Assembly: GCA_965205505.1 (NCBI GenBank)
Contig: CBDBHB010000008.1
Span: 768,001-832,000, forward strand
Length of the DNA stretch: 64,000 nucleotides
DNA from: Acidobacteriota bacterium
GTDB taxonomy: Bacteria; Acidobacteriota; UBA890; WLXD01
Direction: 5' to 3'
Shown here: positions 19,847-30,635 of the stretch, in pieces
How positions within the stretch are numbered: position 1 is the first letter of the stretch
Layout: each line of letters begins with the position of its first letter
Translations under genes and position numbers: made by a program
Notes under the pieces: generated by a model
Told to the model about the DNA's origin: nothing
The model's input: the letters and a program-made list of their open reading frames with translations, nothing else
Databases searched by the model: none

Positions 19847-22260
19847 TGGCCGGTAAGTGGAAGCTCATCGGCGAAGACATCGCACCGCCCGACCTGGTGG
19901 CGAAGATCACTGGCAAGGCGAAGTACGCGGAAGACTTCCGCGCCGAAGGCATGCTGTTCGCGAAGGTCTTGGCGAGCCCGATGCCGCACGCTCGTGTGAC
20001 ACGTATCGACGTCGCCGCCGCGCTGCGGATGCCCGGTGTGGAAGGCGTGATCACCACCGAGGATCTGCCGCCCAACGACAATCCCTACGCTGAGCGCGCG
20101 CTCACCATGGAGCCGCTCTACGAGGGCGAGGCGATCCTGGCCGTCGCAGCTGTCGATGAGACCACCGCCGCCGAGGCCATCGAACGCATCGAGGTCGATT
20201 TGGAGCCGCTGCCGTTCGTCGTCGATCCGCTCGACAGCCTTCGTCCGGACGGCCCCGACGCCCGGGTCGGCGGCAACAGCTTTGTGCGCGAGGAAGGTGA
20301 GACCCACCTGCGCTCGGTCAAGTGGAGCGCCGAGACGTTCGACAACAACGGCGACGGCCTGGCGATGGGTGAGGTCAACGCCGAGTGGGAGGTAGGTGAT
20401 ATCGAGGAGGGCTTCGCGGAAGCCGACTTCGTGATCGACGAGACCATCGTCCACCAGTCGTTGACGCACCATCCGCTAGAGCCGCGCAGCTGCATGGCCT
20501 ACTGGCAGAACGGCAAGCTCTACTTGCACGCATCGACTCAGAGCGCCATGCGCACCGTCGGTGCGGTGGCGCGTGGCGTCGGTATCGATGCCGACGACCT
20601 GGTATTCGTGGCCGAGTACTGTGGCGGGGGCTTCGGCAGCAAGATCGCCGGCACCGTCAACATGCCGATCCCGGCGCTGCTCGCGCGCAAGACCGGCAAG
20701 CCCGTCATGTATCGGGTGACCCGCGCCGAAGAAAACTACTTCGGCCGCGCCCGGCCCGGTTTCCAGGCACGCGTGAAGATGGGTTGGCGGGCCGATGGTC
20801 GACTGACCGCCCTCGACCTGTTCATCGTCCAGGACAACGGACCGTACGGCCGTCAGGGCGACATGTTTACCGCCGGCACGATCGGCTCGCTCGCCTACAC
20901 GCCTCTGACCATGCGCTTTCGCGGCGTCACGGTGCTCACCAACACCCCGCCTCGCTCGGCCCAGCGCGGGCCAGGTGGTGTGCAGGTGGTAACGATGCTC
21001 GAGCCGCTGATGGATCGCGCCGCCCGCCAGCTCGGCGTCGACCGGGTGGCGATGCGCCGCATCAACGCTGCCGACCACAACACCAAGTTCGGGTCCGGCC
21101 AGGCGGCGCTGACCAGCGCCTTCGTTCGTGAGGCGATCGATCTGGGCGCCGAGCTCTTCGACTGGGAAGCAAAGAGCCAGATGAGCGGTCAGCGCAATGG
21201 CACCAAGGTGACCGGGGTCGGGGTGGCGGTAAGCCCGTTCGTCGGAGGCAGCATCGGCTTCGACGGCCTCGCGATCCTCAAGGAGGACGGCAAGCTCTAC
21301 GTGCACCAGGGTATCGGTAACCTCGGCACCCACTCGGTCGCGGATACCGCTCGCGCGGCTGCTGAAGTGCTGGATCTGCCGTGGGAGCAGGTGGAGATCG
21401 TCTGGGGGAGCACCGCTCGCCATCTCCCATACAGCAGTATTCAGGCCGGGAGCCAGACCACGTACGCCCACACCCGGGCCAACTACGCGGCGGGTCTGGA
21501 CGCCAAACGCAAGCTGCAGGAGATCGCTTCCGGCGATCTCGGAGGCTTACCGGACGACTATGAGGTCGGCGGCGGTAGAGTGTACAATCGCCGAGCCAAT
21601 TCCCGGGCGATGACCTTCGCCGCCGCGGCACGCCGGGCGGTGGTCCTGGGAGGCAAGTACGACGGCCACGAGCTGCCGGAAGATATCAACGATGCGACCG
21701 TCCAATCGGCCACCGCGCTGGCCGGGCAGGGCTTGATGGGTGTGGCCACGGATGCCTTCCCGCGCGAGGGCTCGACGTTCACCTGGGTGATCGGCTTTGC
21801 CCGCGTCGAGATCGACGTCGAGACCGGTCACGCGGCGATCGTCGAGTACGTCGCGACTACCGACTGTGGAACCATGCTCCATCCACGTAGCCTGGGGGCA
21901 CAGATCTACGGCGGCAGCATTCAGGGATTCGGCGTCGCCATGAGCCAGAAGTGGGTCTACGACCCGCAGTGGGGCGTGCCGTTCACCAAAGGCTTCCATA
22001 TGGCGAAGCCACCGACAATGTTGGATGTGCCGCTCGATGTGCGATGGGCGGCGGTCAACGAACCCGATCCCTACAACCCTGTCGGGTGCAAGGGCATCGG
22101 TGAACCGCCGGTCGGAGCTGGCGCGGGCGCGGTCGCCTGCGCTATCCAAGATGCGCTCGGGGCGGCCGCGTTCAACCGAACGCCGATTACTACCGAGATG
22201 ATCATGGCTGAGCTCGAAGACATTCCGGCACCATTCCGCCAACCCACCGCTCACCTGTAG
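19846..22260 (+). CDS. Xanthine dehydrogenase family molybdopterin-binding subunit
   Basis: KITGKAKYAED, SPMPHAR, GGGFGSK, AQRGPG, QIYGGSIQG, KGIGEP. Confidence 0.95.
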   Translation: MAGKWKLIGEDIAPPDLVAKITGKAKYAEDFRAEGMLFAKVLASPMPHARVTRIDVAAALRMPGVEGVITTEDLPPNDNPYAERALTMEPLYEGEAILAVAAVDETTAAEAIERIEVDLEPLPFVVDPLDSLRPDGPDARVGGNSFVREEGETHLRSVKWSAETFDNNGDGLAMGEVNAEWEVGDIEEGFAEADFVIDETIVHQSLTHHPLEPRSCMAYWQNGKLYLHASTQSAMRTVGAVARGVGIDADDLVFVAEYCGGGFGSKIAGTVNMPIPALLARKTGKPVMYRVTRAEENYFGRARPGFQARVKMGWRADGRLTALDLFIVQDNGPYGRQGDMFTAGTIGSLAYTPLTMRFRGVTVLTNTPPRSAQRGPGGVQVVTMLEPLMDRAARQLGVDRVAMRRINAADHNTKFGSGQAALTSAFVREAIDLGAELFDWEAKSQMSGQRNGTKVTGVGVAVSPFVGGSIGFDGLAILKEDGKLYVHQGIGNLGTHSVADTARAAAEVLDLPWEQVEIVWGSTARHLPYSSIQAGSQTTYAHTRANYAAGLDAKRKLQEIASGDLGGLPDDYEVGGGRVYNRRANSRAMTFAAAARRAVVLGGKYDGHELPEDINDATVQSATALAGQGLMGVATDAFPREGSTFTWVIGFARVEIDVETGHAAIVEYVATTDCGTMLHPRSLGAQIYGGSIQGFGVAMSQKWVYDPQWGVPFTKGFHMAKPPTMLDVPLDVRWAAVNEPDPYNPVGCKGIGEPPVGAGAGAVACAIQDALGAAAFNRTPITTEMIMAELEDIPAPFRQPTAHL

Positions 22261-22276
22261 GACGGAGGAAGAGACG

Positions 22277-23278
22277 ATGGCGATAATTCGCGACATGATG
22301 CCGACTTTCGACCTCTTTCAGCCAGGCTCTGTCGGCGACGCAGTCGCCTTGCTGGACCGATACGGTTCCGATGCCTGGACCCTGGGCGGCGGCCTCGACA
22401 GCTTCGAGTGGCTCAAGGAGCGCATTCTACGCCCGGCGGTCGTAGTCGACCTCGGATCGATCTCGGAGCTTCGCGGCGTTCGCACCACCGACGACGGCAT
22501 CGAGATCGGCGCGATGACGACGCTCACCGAGCTTATCGGCGACGACGCCGTCAACGCCGGGTTCGACCTGCTGTCCACCGCGGCAGTCGCGGTGGCGACG
22601 CCGCAAATTCGCAATCAGGGAACGCTGGGCGGCAACGTGGCGCAAGATGCGCGGTGCTGGTACTACCGCGGCGGCTGGCCGTGCTACCGGGCCGGCGGCA
22701 ACATCTGTTACGCCGACACACCGACATCGATCAACCGCGAGCACGCGCTGTTCGGAGCTGACCGTTGCGTGGCGGTGAACCCATCCGATACCGCCCCGGC
22801 GCTGGTCGCCCTCGACGCCAAGATGGTGATTAACAACGCGTCGGGCGAGCGCGTCGTCGATGCCGAGGACTTCTTCATGGGCCCGGGCGCCGACATCACT
22901 CGGATGACCGTGTTGGAGCCGAACGATCTGTTGACCAGTATCCGTATCCCGGCTACCTGGGCCGGTACACGGTTCTACTTCGAGAAGGCCCGCGACCGGC
23001 AGGCGTGGGATTTTCCGCTGGTCAACATCGCCTCGGCGATGGAGGTCAGCGACGGGGTCATCCAGCGCGCTCGCATCGTAGTGAACGCGGTGTCGTGTGT
23101 GCCCATGAGGCTCGCTAGCGTCGAGCAGCAGATCCGCGGCGAGCGGGTTAGCGAGGAGCTCGCCGAGGCGGCAGGTGAGGTCGCCGTCCAAGGCGCGCGT
23201 CCGCTGACGCACAATCGCTACAAGATCCCGCTGATGAGGAACCTCGTGAAGCGCGCTATTCGCGACGCGCAGGCCTGA
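22277..23278 (+). CDS. Xanthine dehydrogenase family FAD subunit with 4Fe-4S insert (PaoB/YagS-like)
   Basis: QIRNQGTLGGN followed by RCWYYR...C...GGNIC...C motif; NRYKIPL. Confidence 0.9.
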   Translation: MAIIRDMMPTFDLFQPGSVGDAVALLDRYGSDAWTLGGGLDSFEWLKERILRPAVVVDLGSISELRGVRTTDDGIEIGAMTTLTELIGDDAVNAGFDLLSTAAVAVATPQIRNQGTLGGNVAQDARCWYYRGGWPCYRAGGNICYADTPTSINREHALFGADRCVAVNPSDTAPALVALDAKMVINNASGERVVDAEDFFMGPGADITRMTVLEPNDLLTSIRIPATWAGTRFYFEKARDRQAWDFPLVNIASAMEVSDGVIQRARIVVNAVSCVPMRLASVEQQIRGERVSEELAEAAGEVAVQGARPLTHNRYKIPLMRNLVKRAIRDAQA

Positions 23279-23289
23279 GGGCGGCGCCG

Positions 23290-24147
23290 ATGGATTTCCT
23301 GCAGTGGGAGCAGAGCCCGTGGGGCCAGGAGATTCTCGTTCGTATCTCCTGGAGCTTATTCTGGATCGCCCTGGTCGCCGGTGTGCTGTTCGTGGTCGCA
23401 CACTTGATCTTCCGCTGGACCCTCGTACCGAAGATCAAGGCCTCGGCCGCCGCGGCGGAAGGCGCGGCCACGAGCGCCACGGCCGACATACCGGAGCAGG
23501 TGGCACGCCACTCGTCGGCGTCGCGGGGCTTCCACTGGCTGATGGCAGTGGCGATGTTCGTGCTGCTCATCACCGGGTTTGCGCCCGTTGTCGGCATTCA
23601 GTTCGCTTGGGTGACGATCCACTGGATCGCCGGCTTGGCGCTCATCGGCTGCGTGCTGTTTCACGTCGTGCACGCCACTGCACGCGGCAACTGGCGAGCG
23701 GTGTGGTTCGAGAGCACCGACATCCAGGACGTGCGGCGTAGAATCCGCCGCGCCATGGGGCGCCCGACGGAACAACCTGCCAAGGATCCGAAGTACGCAC
23801 TTCCCAACCGGCTCTACCACCACGCCGTGGTGGTCACTTCGGTCATGGCGATCGGAACAGGCCTGCTGATGATGGTGCGGGTCGAAACGCCTTTCTTGGC
23901 ACGTAACCCGTACATGTTCGCCGAACAGACCTGGGGCTGGGTGTACGTCCTTCATGGTCTTGGCGCGGTCGGCCTGGTGACCCTGGTTATCACGCACGTA
24001 TACTTCGCCGTGCTGCCCGAGAAGCGCTGGATCACGAGGGCGATGGTGCGCGGCTGGATCCACCGCGATGAGTATCTCGAGCACCACGATCCGGCGCGCT
24101 GGAGCATCGCGGGATCGAAACCCGGTGGCGATATCGACGCTGCGTAA
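23290..24147 (+). CDS. Di-heme cytochrome b, formate dehydrogenase gamma-subunit-like
   Basis: RHSSASRGFHW, IHWIAG, KYA...RLYH, LHGLG...THVYFA, AMVRGWI...EHH; several TM helices. Confidence 0.8.
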   Translation: MDFLQWEQSPWGQEILVRISWSLFWIALVAGVLFVVAHLIFRWTLVPKIKASAAAAEGAATSATADIPEQVARHSSASRGFHWLMAVAMFVLLITGFAPVVGIQFAWVTIHWIAGLALIGCVLFHVVHATARGNWRAVWFESTDIQDVRRRIRRAMGRPTEQPAKDPKYALPNRLYHHAVVVTSVMAIGTGLLMMVRVETPFLARNPYMFAEQTWGWVYVLHGLGAVGLVTLVITHVYFAVLPEKRWITRAMVRGWIHRDEYLEHHDPARWSIAGSKPGGDIDAA

Positions 24148-24253
24148 GCTCGTCGGGTAGCCGGGTACGCATGCGACGTTTCGGTTGTATCGTTCTGCTT
24201 GCCGATACTCCATTGCTTCACCAATCTGAACCGCCAGCCTCCGACCTCGGCCG

Positions 24254-24652
24254 ATGAACGAGCTTCAGCAACACATCGATACGCTCGAAGAAAGCTACGA
24301 GTTCATGCTCGCCTACGCGGCGCAGGGACTCGAGGGCGATAGCGGAAGCAAGTCCGGAGGCCAGCTGCGTGAGTTCCTGCAGCGCTCGGTGACCGCCCTC
24401 ACCGAGCTACCTGGGGTCGCGGCCGCATACGCACCAAACGGGGACGACGCGGCAACAGCAGCCTACGCCGACTTCATGACTGTGCTCGAGGGCGATACAC
24501 GCAGTAGCCGCGCCGCCATTCAACTGGTGCTGTCGCAGCGTTCCATCAGCTCGCAACTGGTCGACAACCTCAACGCGTCGATCCATCTACGCGCTCTGCT
24601 CACCGATCTGTTTCTCCTCGACGAGCTACTGAAGCTGAGCGCGGGATACTAG
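24254..24652 (+). CDS. Conserved-looking alpha-helical hypothetical protein
   Basis: 132-aa ORF with coding-like composition (YEFMLAYAAQG...ISSQLVDNLNASIHLRALLTDLFL). Confidence 0.65.
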   Translation: MNELQQHIDTLEESYEFMLAYAAQGLEGDSGSKSGGQLREFLQRSVTALTELPGVAAAYAPNGDDAATAAYADFMTVLEGDTRSSRAAIQLVLSQRSISSQLVDNLNASIHLRALLTDLFLLDELLKLSAGY

Positions 24653-24810
24653 TGCTCCTGATCATAAGTACGGTGACGTTTGTGGCGCGCGCGACCGGGG
24701 CAAATTGTAGGAGCCGCGACGAGGGCGATGCTGGGAGTATCGTCGAGGCGTCGCGACGCCCAAGGTGGCCGGTCCCGCGGCCACCCGGAGGGCAGGAGCA
24801 CTAGTGGCCG

Positions 24811-26381
24811 ATGGCTCGCCGGGAGCTGCCCGTACCGCGGTTGGACCTGCCTGAGGAGGAGCTCCAGAAGCGCTTCGACACCCTTCAAGAAGCGCTCATT
24901 CCGCTCTGGAAGTCGATCTCACAGCTGAATCAGGACGAGCAGACGATTGTCGTCGTGCCGTCTGTGTCACTCGACTTCGCGCTGCGTCCCTCCGAGATGC
25001 AGGCGTACGAAGAGCGGCTGCTCTTTCTGCTGTTGCTGTTGCGACAGCCGCGGGCGCGCATGGTTTATGTCACCGGCCAACCGGTCTCTGAGACGGTGAT
25101 CGACTACTATCTTGCCTTGCTACCGGGATTGATACCTAGCCATGCGCGCGCTCGTCTGTTCATGCTGTCGGTAGGCGACGCTGATCCGATCCCGCTCACC
25201 CACAAGATGCTACAGCGTCCACGGTTGATCGAGCGCATCAAGCATCTCGTGATCGATCCCGGTCGCGCTCACTTGGTGCCGTTCAACACCACTTGGGCCG
25301 AGCGCGACTTGGCGTTGCGACTCGGCATTCCGATGTACGGCAACGACCCTCGCCACGAGCACCTTGGATCCAAGAGCGGTAGCCGGCAGCTGTTCAAGCA
25401 GGCCGGGTCCCCTGCCCCACCGGGTTCGAGAACCTTCGATCGCTCGACGACATCGTCGGAGCGATCGTCGAGCTCAAGAAGACCCGGCCCGAGTGTTCGG
25501 CGGCCATCGTCAAGCTCGAGGCGTCGGTATCCGGCGAGGGCAATGCCCAGGTCGACCTTTCAGGCCTCGATGCCGACCCGGTGGCCATCGAGCAACGGGT
25601 CCTGGAGATGACCACCGAGGCGGTGGGGCTGTCGGCAGATGACTACCTTGCCAAGTTCGCTCGAATAGGCGGGATCGTCGAAGAGCGCATCGTGGCAGAT
25701 GGCGTGCGGAGCCCTAGCGTGCAGCTGCGCATCACCCCACTCCGCGACGTGCAGCTGCTCTCGACGCACGATCAGCTGCTCGGGGGTCCCACCGGGCTGA
25801 GCTTCCTCGGTGCGCGGTTCCCGGCCGATGGCGCCTATGCGTCGATGATCGCTCAGGAGGCGCTGAAGATCGGCCAGCTGGTTGCTAATGAGGGTGTCAT
25901 CGGACGCTTCGCGGTGGATTTCCTCACCGCCAAACAGGACGGCACCTGGAAAGCATGGGCCATCGAGGTAAACCTGCATAAGGGCGGCACAACCCATCCA
26001 TTCCTGACGCTGCAGTTCCTCACGGACGGCGACTACGACTGGGAGTCCAACGCGTTCCGTACTCTCAGCGGCCAACCCAAGTTCCTCGTTGCTAGCGACC
26101 ACATCGAGTCGGACGACTACAGGGTGCTCGAGATTGACAACCTCTTCGACGCCATGGTGGCGCACCGCATCCACTTCGATCACACGCGGCAACGCGGCAT
26201 TGTGCTGCACATGATGGCCTGCCTGGGTGACTGTGGACGCTTCGGCCTGACGGCGGTCGGCGACTCGGCGGACGACGCCGAGGCACTGTACAACCAGGCG
26301 GAAGAGGTGCTACTCGAGACAGCGCGAAAGGCGCGTGTCGATCAAGGGCTTCCCTGCCGTACCGAAGAGACTTTTGACTAG
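24811..26381 (+). CDS. Peptide ligase PGM1-related ATP-grasp protein (apparent frameshift near 25405)
   Basis: VVVPS, YEERLLFLL, GSKSGSRQLF, then in the second frame SGEGNA, SPSVQLRI, STHDQLLGG, VDF, IEVNLHKGGTTHP. Confidence 0.8.
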
Positions 26382-26524
26382 TGTCCTGAGTCAGGGCACC
26401 AACACGCCGCGGTGGAAGTGTGGCGGATCAGGGCAGCCGTTTGCGACCGCTCAGTCGAGCCGCTCGCCCAACGCTGCGGTGCTAGAATTTGCCGCGAAAG
26501 TGTCCCGACCTCGTGGAGCCCGAG

Positions 26525-27223
26525 ATGTCCCCCGAACAAGAAAACGACGACCTGGTTCTGAGCGAGCTCGACACCGGCGAGCTCGTCGACCAGATGCACG
26601 ACGATCTCTACGATGGACTGGCCGAGGAGATCGGCGAGGGTACTACCATCCTGCTCGATCGCGGCTGGGAAGCGAAGAAGGTGCTCGACGATGCGCTGGT
26701 CAGCGCCATGAACGTCGTCGGCGAGGACTTCCGCGACGGAATTCTCTTCGTTCCCGAGGTGTTGATGTCCGCCAATGCCATGAAGGCTGGCATGGCCATT
26801 CTGCAGCCGATTCTTACCGAAACCGGCGCGGAACCGGTCGGCAAGATGGTCATCGGCACCGTCAAGGGTGACATCCACGACATCGGCAAGAATCTCGTCG
26901 GCATGATGCTGGAGGGTGCGGGGTTCGAGGTCATCGATCTGGGCATCAACACCGACGCCGACTCATACATCGGGGCGTTGAAGGAACACCGTCCGGACAT
27001 CCTCGGCATGTCCGCATTGCTCACCACGACGATGCCGTACATGAAGGTCGTCATCGACACGCTCAAGGAGCAAGGCATGCGCGACCAGTTCATAGTCATG
27101 GTGGGCGGCGCACCGCTCAACGAGGAGTTCGGGCGAGCCATCGGTGCCGACGCGTACTGCCGTGACGCCGCCACCGCGGTCGAAGTTGCCAAGCGTCTCG
27201 TAGCTGAGCGACGCGCCTCCTAA
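26525..27223 (+). CDS. Corrinoid (B12-binding) protein of a methyltransferase system
   Basis: FVPEVLMSANAMKAG cap domain; GTVKGDIHDIGKNLV (DxHxxG), SALLTTT and VGGAP. Confidence 0.95.
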   Translation: MSPEQENDDLVLSELDTGELVDQMHDDLYDGLAEEIGEGTTILLDRGWEAKKVLDDALVSAMNVVGEDFRDGILFVPEVLMSANAMKAGMAILQPILTETGAEPVGKMVIGTVKGDIHDIGKNLVGMMLEGAGFEVIDLGINTDADSYIGALKEHRPDILGMSALLTTTMPYMKVVIDTLKEQGMRDQFIVMVGGAPLNEEFGRAIGADAYCRDAATAVEVAKRLVAERRAS

Positions 27224-27240
27224 CCGGGGCAACGACAGCC

Positions 27241-27402
27241 GTGCCAGCACTCGTACTCATACTCGCCTGCGGAGCTCTCGCCGACGCCAAGGGATACGCG
27301 GCACGCCTCGACCTGGAGTTCCACCACCGATACGGCGGCCTCGACGGGTTGGCTGCTCCACTCAGCCTGGCAGCCGAAGGAGAGGTCGCGTGGCGCAGTT
27401 GA
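27241..27402 (+). pseudogene. DUF1638-family protein remnant with a large in-frame internal deletion
   Basis: 53-aa ORF VPALVLILACGALA|DAKGYAARLDLEFHHRYGGL... joins the typical DUF1638 N-terminus (IxACGALA) to a typical C-terminus. It sits at the expected position between the corrinoid and Virulence_fact genes. Confidence 0.65.
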
Positions 27403-27700
27403 TCACCATCTACTGGCGCGACATTCCAGCGCAGGTCATCGGCCGCAGCGGCCGTTCCCGCGTCAAGGTCGAGCTGCCGCCGCGGTTTGCGCGAGCGATC
27501 GACAGCGCGGCGATGCGCGCCGGCCGCGGTGGTAGCGACGAGTACCTCGCCGATTGGCGACGCGATCGCCAACCGTGCTCCGGGAATCTCGAGGAGGAGG
27601 TGGCCGCGCAGGTCGCACAACTCGAAAGCGAGTTCTCCGAAAGCACGCTACGAGCCATAGTCCAGGCCAACGGCCTGGCGCAAACTCGTGAGCCAACCCA

Positions 27701-27704
<4 letters not shown>
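27390..27704 (+). CDS. 'Virulence factor' family (PF13769-like) small protein of corrinoid methyltransferase clusters
   Basis: IYWRDIPAQV...LPPRFARAIDSAAMRAG...DEYLADWRR. Confidence 0.85.
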
Positions 27705-28600
<896 letters not shown>

Positions 28601-28607
28601 ACGGACA

Positions 28608-30629
28608 GTGGCACAGCCCGACGCGCTGATCGTTTTCACCCCCTCGGGAAAGCGTGGGCGATTCGCCCTCGACACGCCGATCCTCGACGCTGCTCGGCAG
28701 CTCGGGGTCGATGTCGATTCGGTGTGCGGCGGGCGCGGCATCTGCGGCCGCTGCCAGGTGACGCTGAGCGAGGGCGAATTCGCCAAGCACGGAATTACCT
28801 CGCAGGCAGACCACCTGACACCGCTGTCTGAGCCTGAACACCGCTACGCGGACAAGAGTGGGCTCGGGAAGGACCGCAGGTTGAGCTGCCACACACGGCT
28901 GCGCGGCGACGTGGTCATCGACGTGCCGGCGAGCAGCCAGGTACACCGCCAGGTCGTGCGCAAAGAGCTCGACGCACGTGACATCGAGCTCGATCCGGTG
29001 GTCCGATTGCACTTCGTCGAGGTGGCAGAGCCCGACATGGACGATCCGAGGGCGGACCTCGAACGGCTTTGCGACGCGCTGGAACGCGAGTGGGGGGTAA
29101 CCGACCTGACTTGCGATCCGACCGCGCTCCGCCGACTCCAACCGGCACTCCGCGACGGCAAGTGGTCGGTGACGGTGGCGGTGCGCGAGGGCAGCGAGAT
29201 CATCGCCGTCTGGCCAGGTTTTCTCGACACCATCTACGGCATGGCGGTGGATGTCGGCTCGACCACCATTGCGGCACATCTTTGCGATCTTTTCACCGGG
29301 GTGGTCGCAGCCAGCGCCGGGCTCATGAATCCCCAGATCCGGTTCGGCGAGGACCTCATGAGCCGGGTCTCCTACGTGATGATGAACCCCGGCGGTGAGG
29401 AACAGCTGACCAAGGTTGTCCGCGAGGCCATCGCCACGCTGGTGGCAGAGGTGAGCGCGGCCGCTGGTGTGTCACCGAGCGACATACTCGAAATCACCCT
29501 CGTCGGCAATCCGGTGATGCACCATCTGTTGCTCGGCATCGATCCGACGCCGCTGGGAACCGCGCCGTTCGCGCTGGCCACCGAACGCGCCACGACGCTG
29601 CCTGCCAGGCAACTCAAGCTCGGAGTTCACCCCGGAGCTCGAGCCTACCTTCTACCCTGTATCGCCGGCCACGTCGGTGCCGATACCGCCGGCATGCTGC
29701 TGGCGGAAGCACCGTACCGCGACGATGTGATCACGCTGCTGGTCGACGTGGGGACGAATGCCGAGCTCGTGCTCGGAAACCGCAAGAGCTTGGTGGCGGC
29801 CTCGAGCCCCACCGGGCCCGCCTTCGAGGGAGCACAGATCAGCTGCGGCCAGCGCGCCGCGCCAGGCGCGATCGAAAGAGTGCGTATCGATCGCGACACA
29901 CTGGAGCCGCGGTTCAAGGTCATCGGCTGCGAGCTCTGGTCGGACGACCCCGAGTTCGCCGGACAGACGAGCTCAACGGGCGTCACTGGTGTCTGCGGCT
30001 CCGGTATCATCGAGGTGGTTGCCGAGATGTACCTGACCGGCATCATCGACGAGGACGGCGCGCTCGACGGGCGGCTTGCTGAGCGTAGCCCCCGGATCGT
30101 AGCGGACGGCCGTACGCATGCCTACGTATTGCACGAAGGCGAGCCCTGCGTGCGCATCGTCCAGAACGATGTTCGTGCGATTCAGCTGGCCAAAGGCGCC
30201 CTATACGCAGGTGCCCGCCTGTTGATGGAGCGCTTGGGCGTCGAGAAAGTGGATCGCATCCGGCTGGCGGGCGCCTTCGGCAGCCATATCGACGTGAAAT
30301 ACGCCATGGTGCTGGGCATGATCCCCGACTGCGACTTGAGCCACGTCTCCTCGGCTGGCAACGCTGCCGGTGCCGGCGCGCGCATCGCGCTGCTCGACGC
30401 TAGCGCCCGCGCCGAGATCGAAATCTGGGTGCGCCGCATCGAGAAGGTGGAGACGGCGGTGGCCGACAGCTTTCAGCATCACTTCGTCAACGCGATGGCC
30501 ATACCGAACAAAGAGGCGCCGTTCCCTGAGCTAGCCAAGGTCGTATCACTGCCTACGCCGAAGCAGGCTACCGACACCGATCGGCGCGGTCGGCGCGGTC
30601 GGCGGCGGCGCGGCCCACCGACGAGCTGA
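28608..30629 (+). CDS. ATP-dependent reductive activator of corrinoid proteins (RACo/ASKHA, DUF4445) with N-terminal 2Fe-2S domain
   Basis: CGGRGICGRC...RLSC, DVGSTT, GEDLMSR, DVGTNAE, TGPAFEG, GVCGSG, LAGAFG, GNAA. Confidence 0.92.
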   Translation: MAQPDALIVFTPSGKRGRFALDTPILDAARQLGVDVDSVCGGRGICGRCQVTLSEGEFAKHGITSQADHLTPLSEPEHRYADKSGLGKDRRLSCHTRLRGDVVIDVPASSQVHRQVVRKELDARDIELDPVVRLHFVEVAEPDMDDPRADLERLCDALEREWGVTDLTCDPTALRRLQPALRDGKWSVTVAVREGSEIIAVWPGFLDTIYGMAVDVGSTTIAAHLCDLFTGVVAASAGLMNPQIRFGEDLMSRVSYVMMNPGGEEQLTKVVREAIATLVAEVSAAAGVSPSDILEITLVGNPVMHHLLLGIDPTPLGTAPFALATERATTLPARQLKLGVHPGARAYLLPCIAGHVGADTAGMLLAEAPYRDDVITLLVDVGTNAELVLGNRKSLVAASSPTGPAFEGAQISCGQRAAPGAIERVRIDRDTLEPRFKVIGCELWSDDPEFAGQTSSTGVTGVCGSGIIEVVAEMYLTGIIDEDGALDGRLAERSPRIVADGRTHAYVLHEGEPCVRIVQNDVRAIQLAKGALYAGARLLMERLGVEKVDRIRLAGAFGSHIDVKYAMVLGMIPDCDLSHVSSAGNAAGAGARIALLDASARAEIEIWVRRIEKVETAVADSFQHHFVNAMAIPNKEAPFPELAKVVSLPTPKQATDTDRRGRRGRRRRGPPTS

Positions 30630-30635
30630 GCGTCG

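Noticed and set aside
26382-26524. Cobalamin riboswitch upstream of the corrinoid gene
   Set aside because: No recognisable GGGAA / GCCACTG / B12-box elements; an Rfam scan would be needed to exclude it fully.
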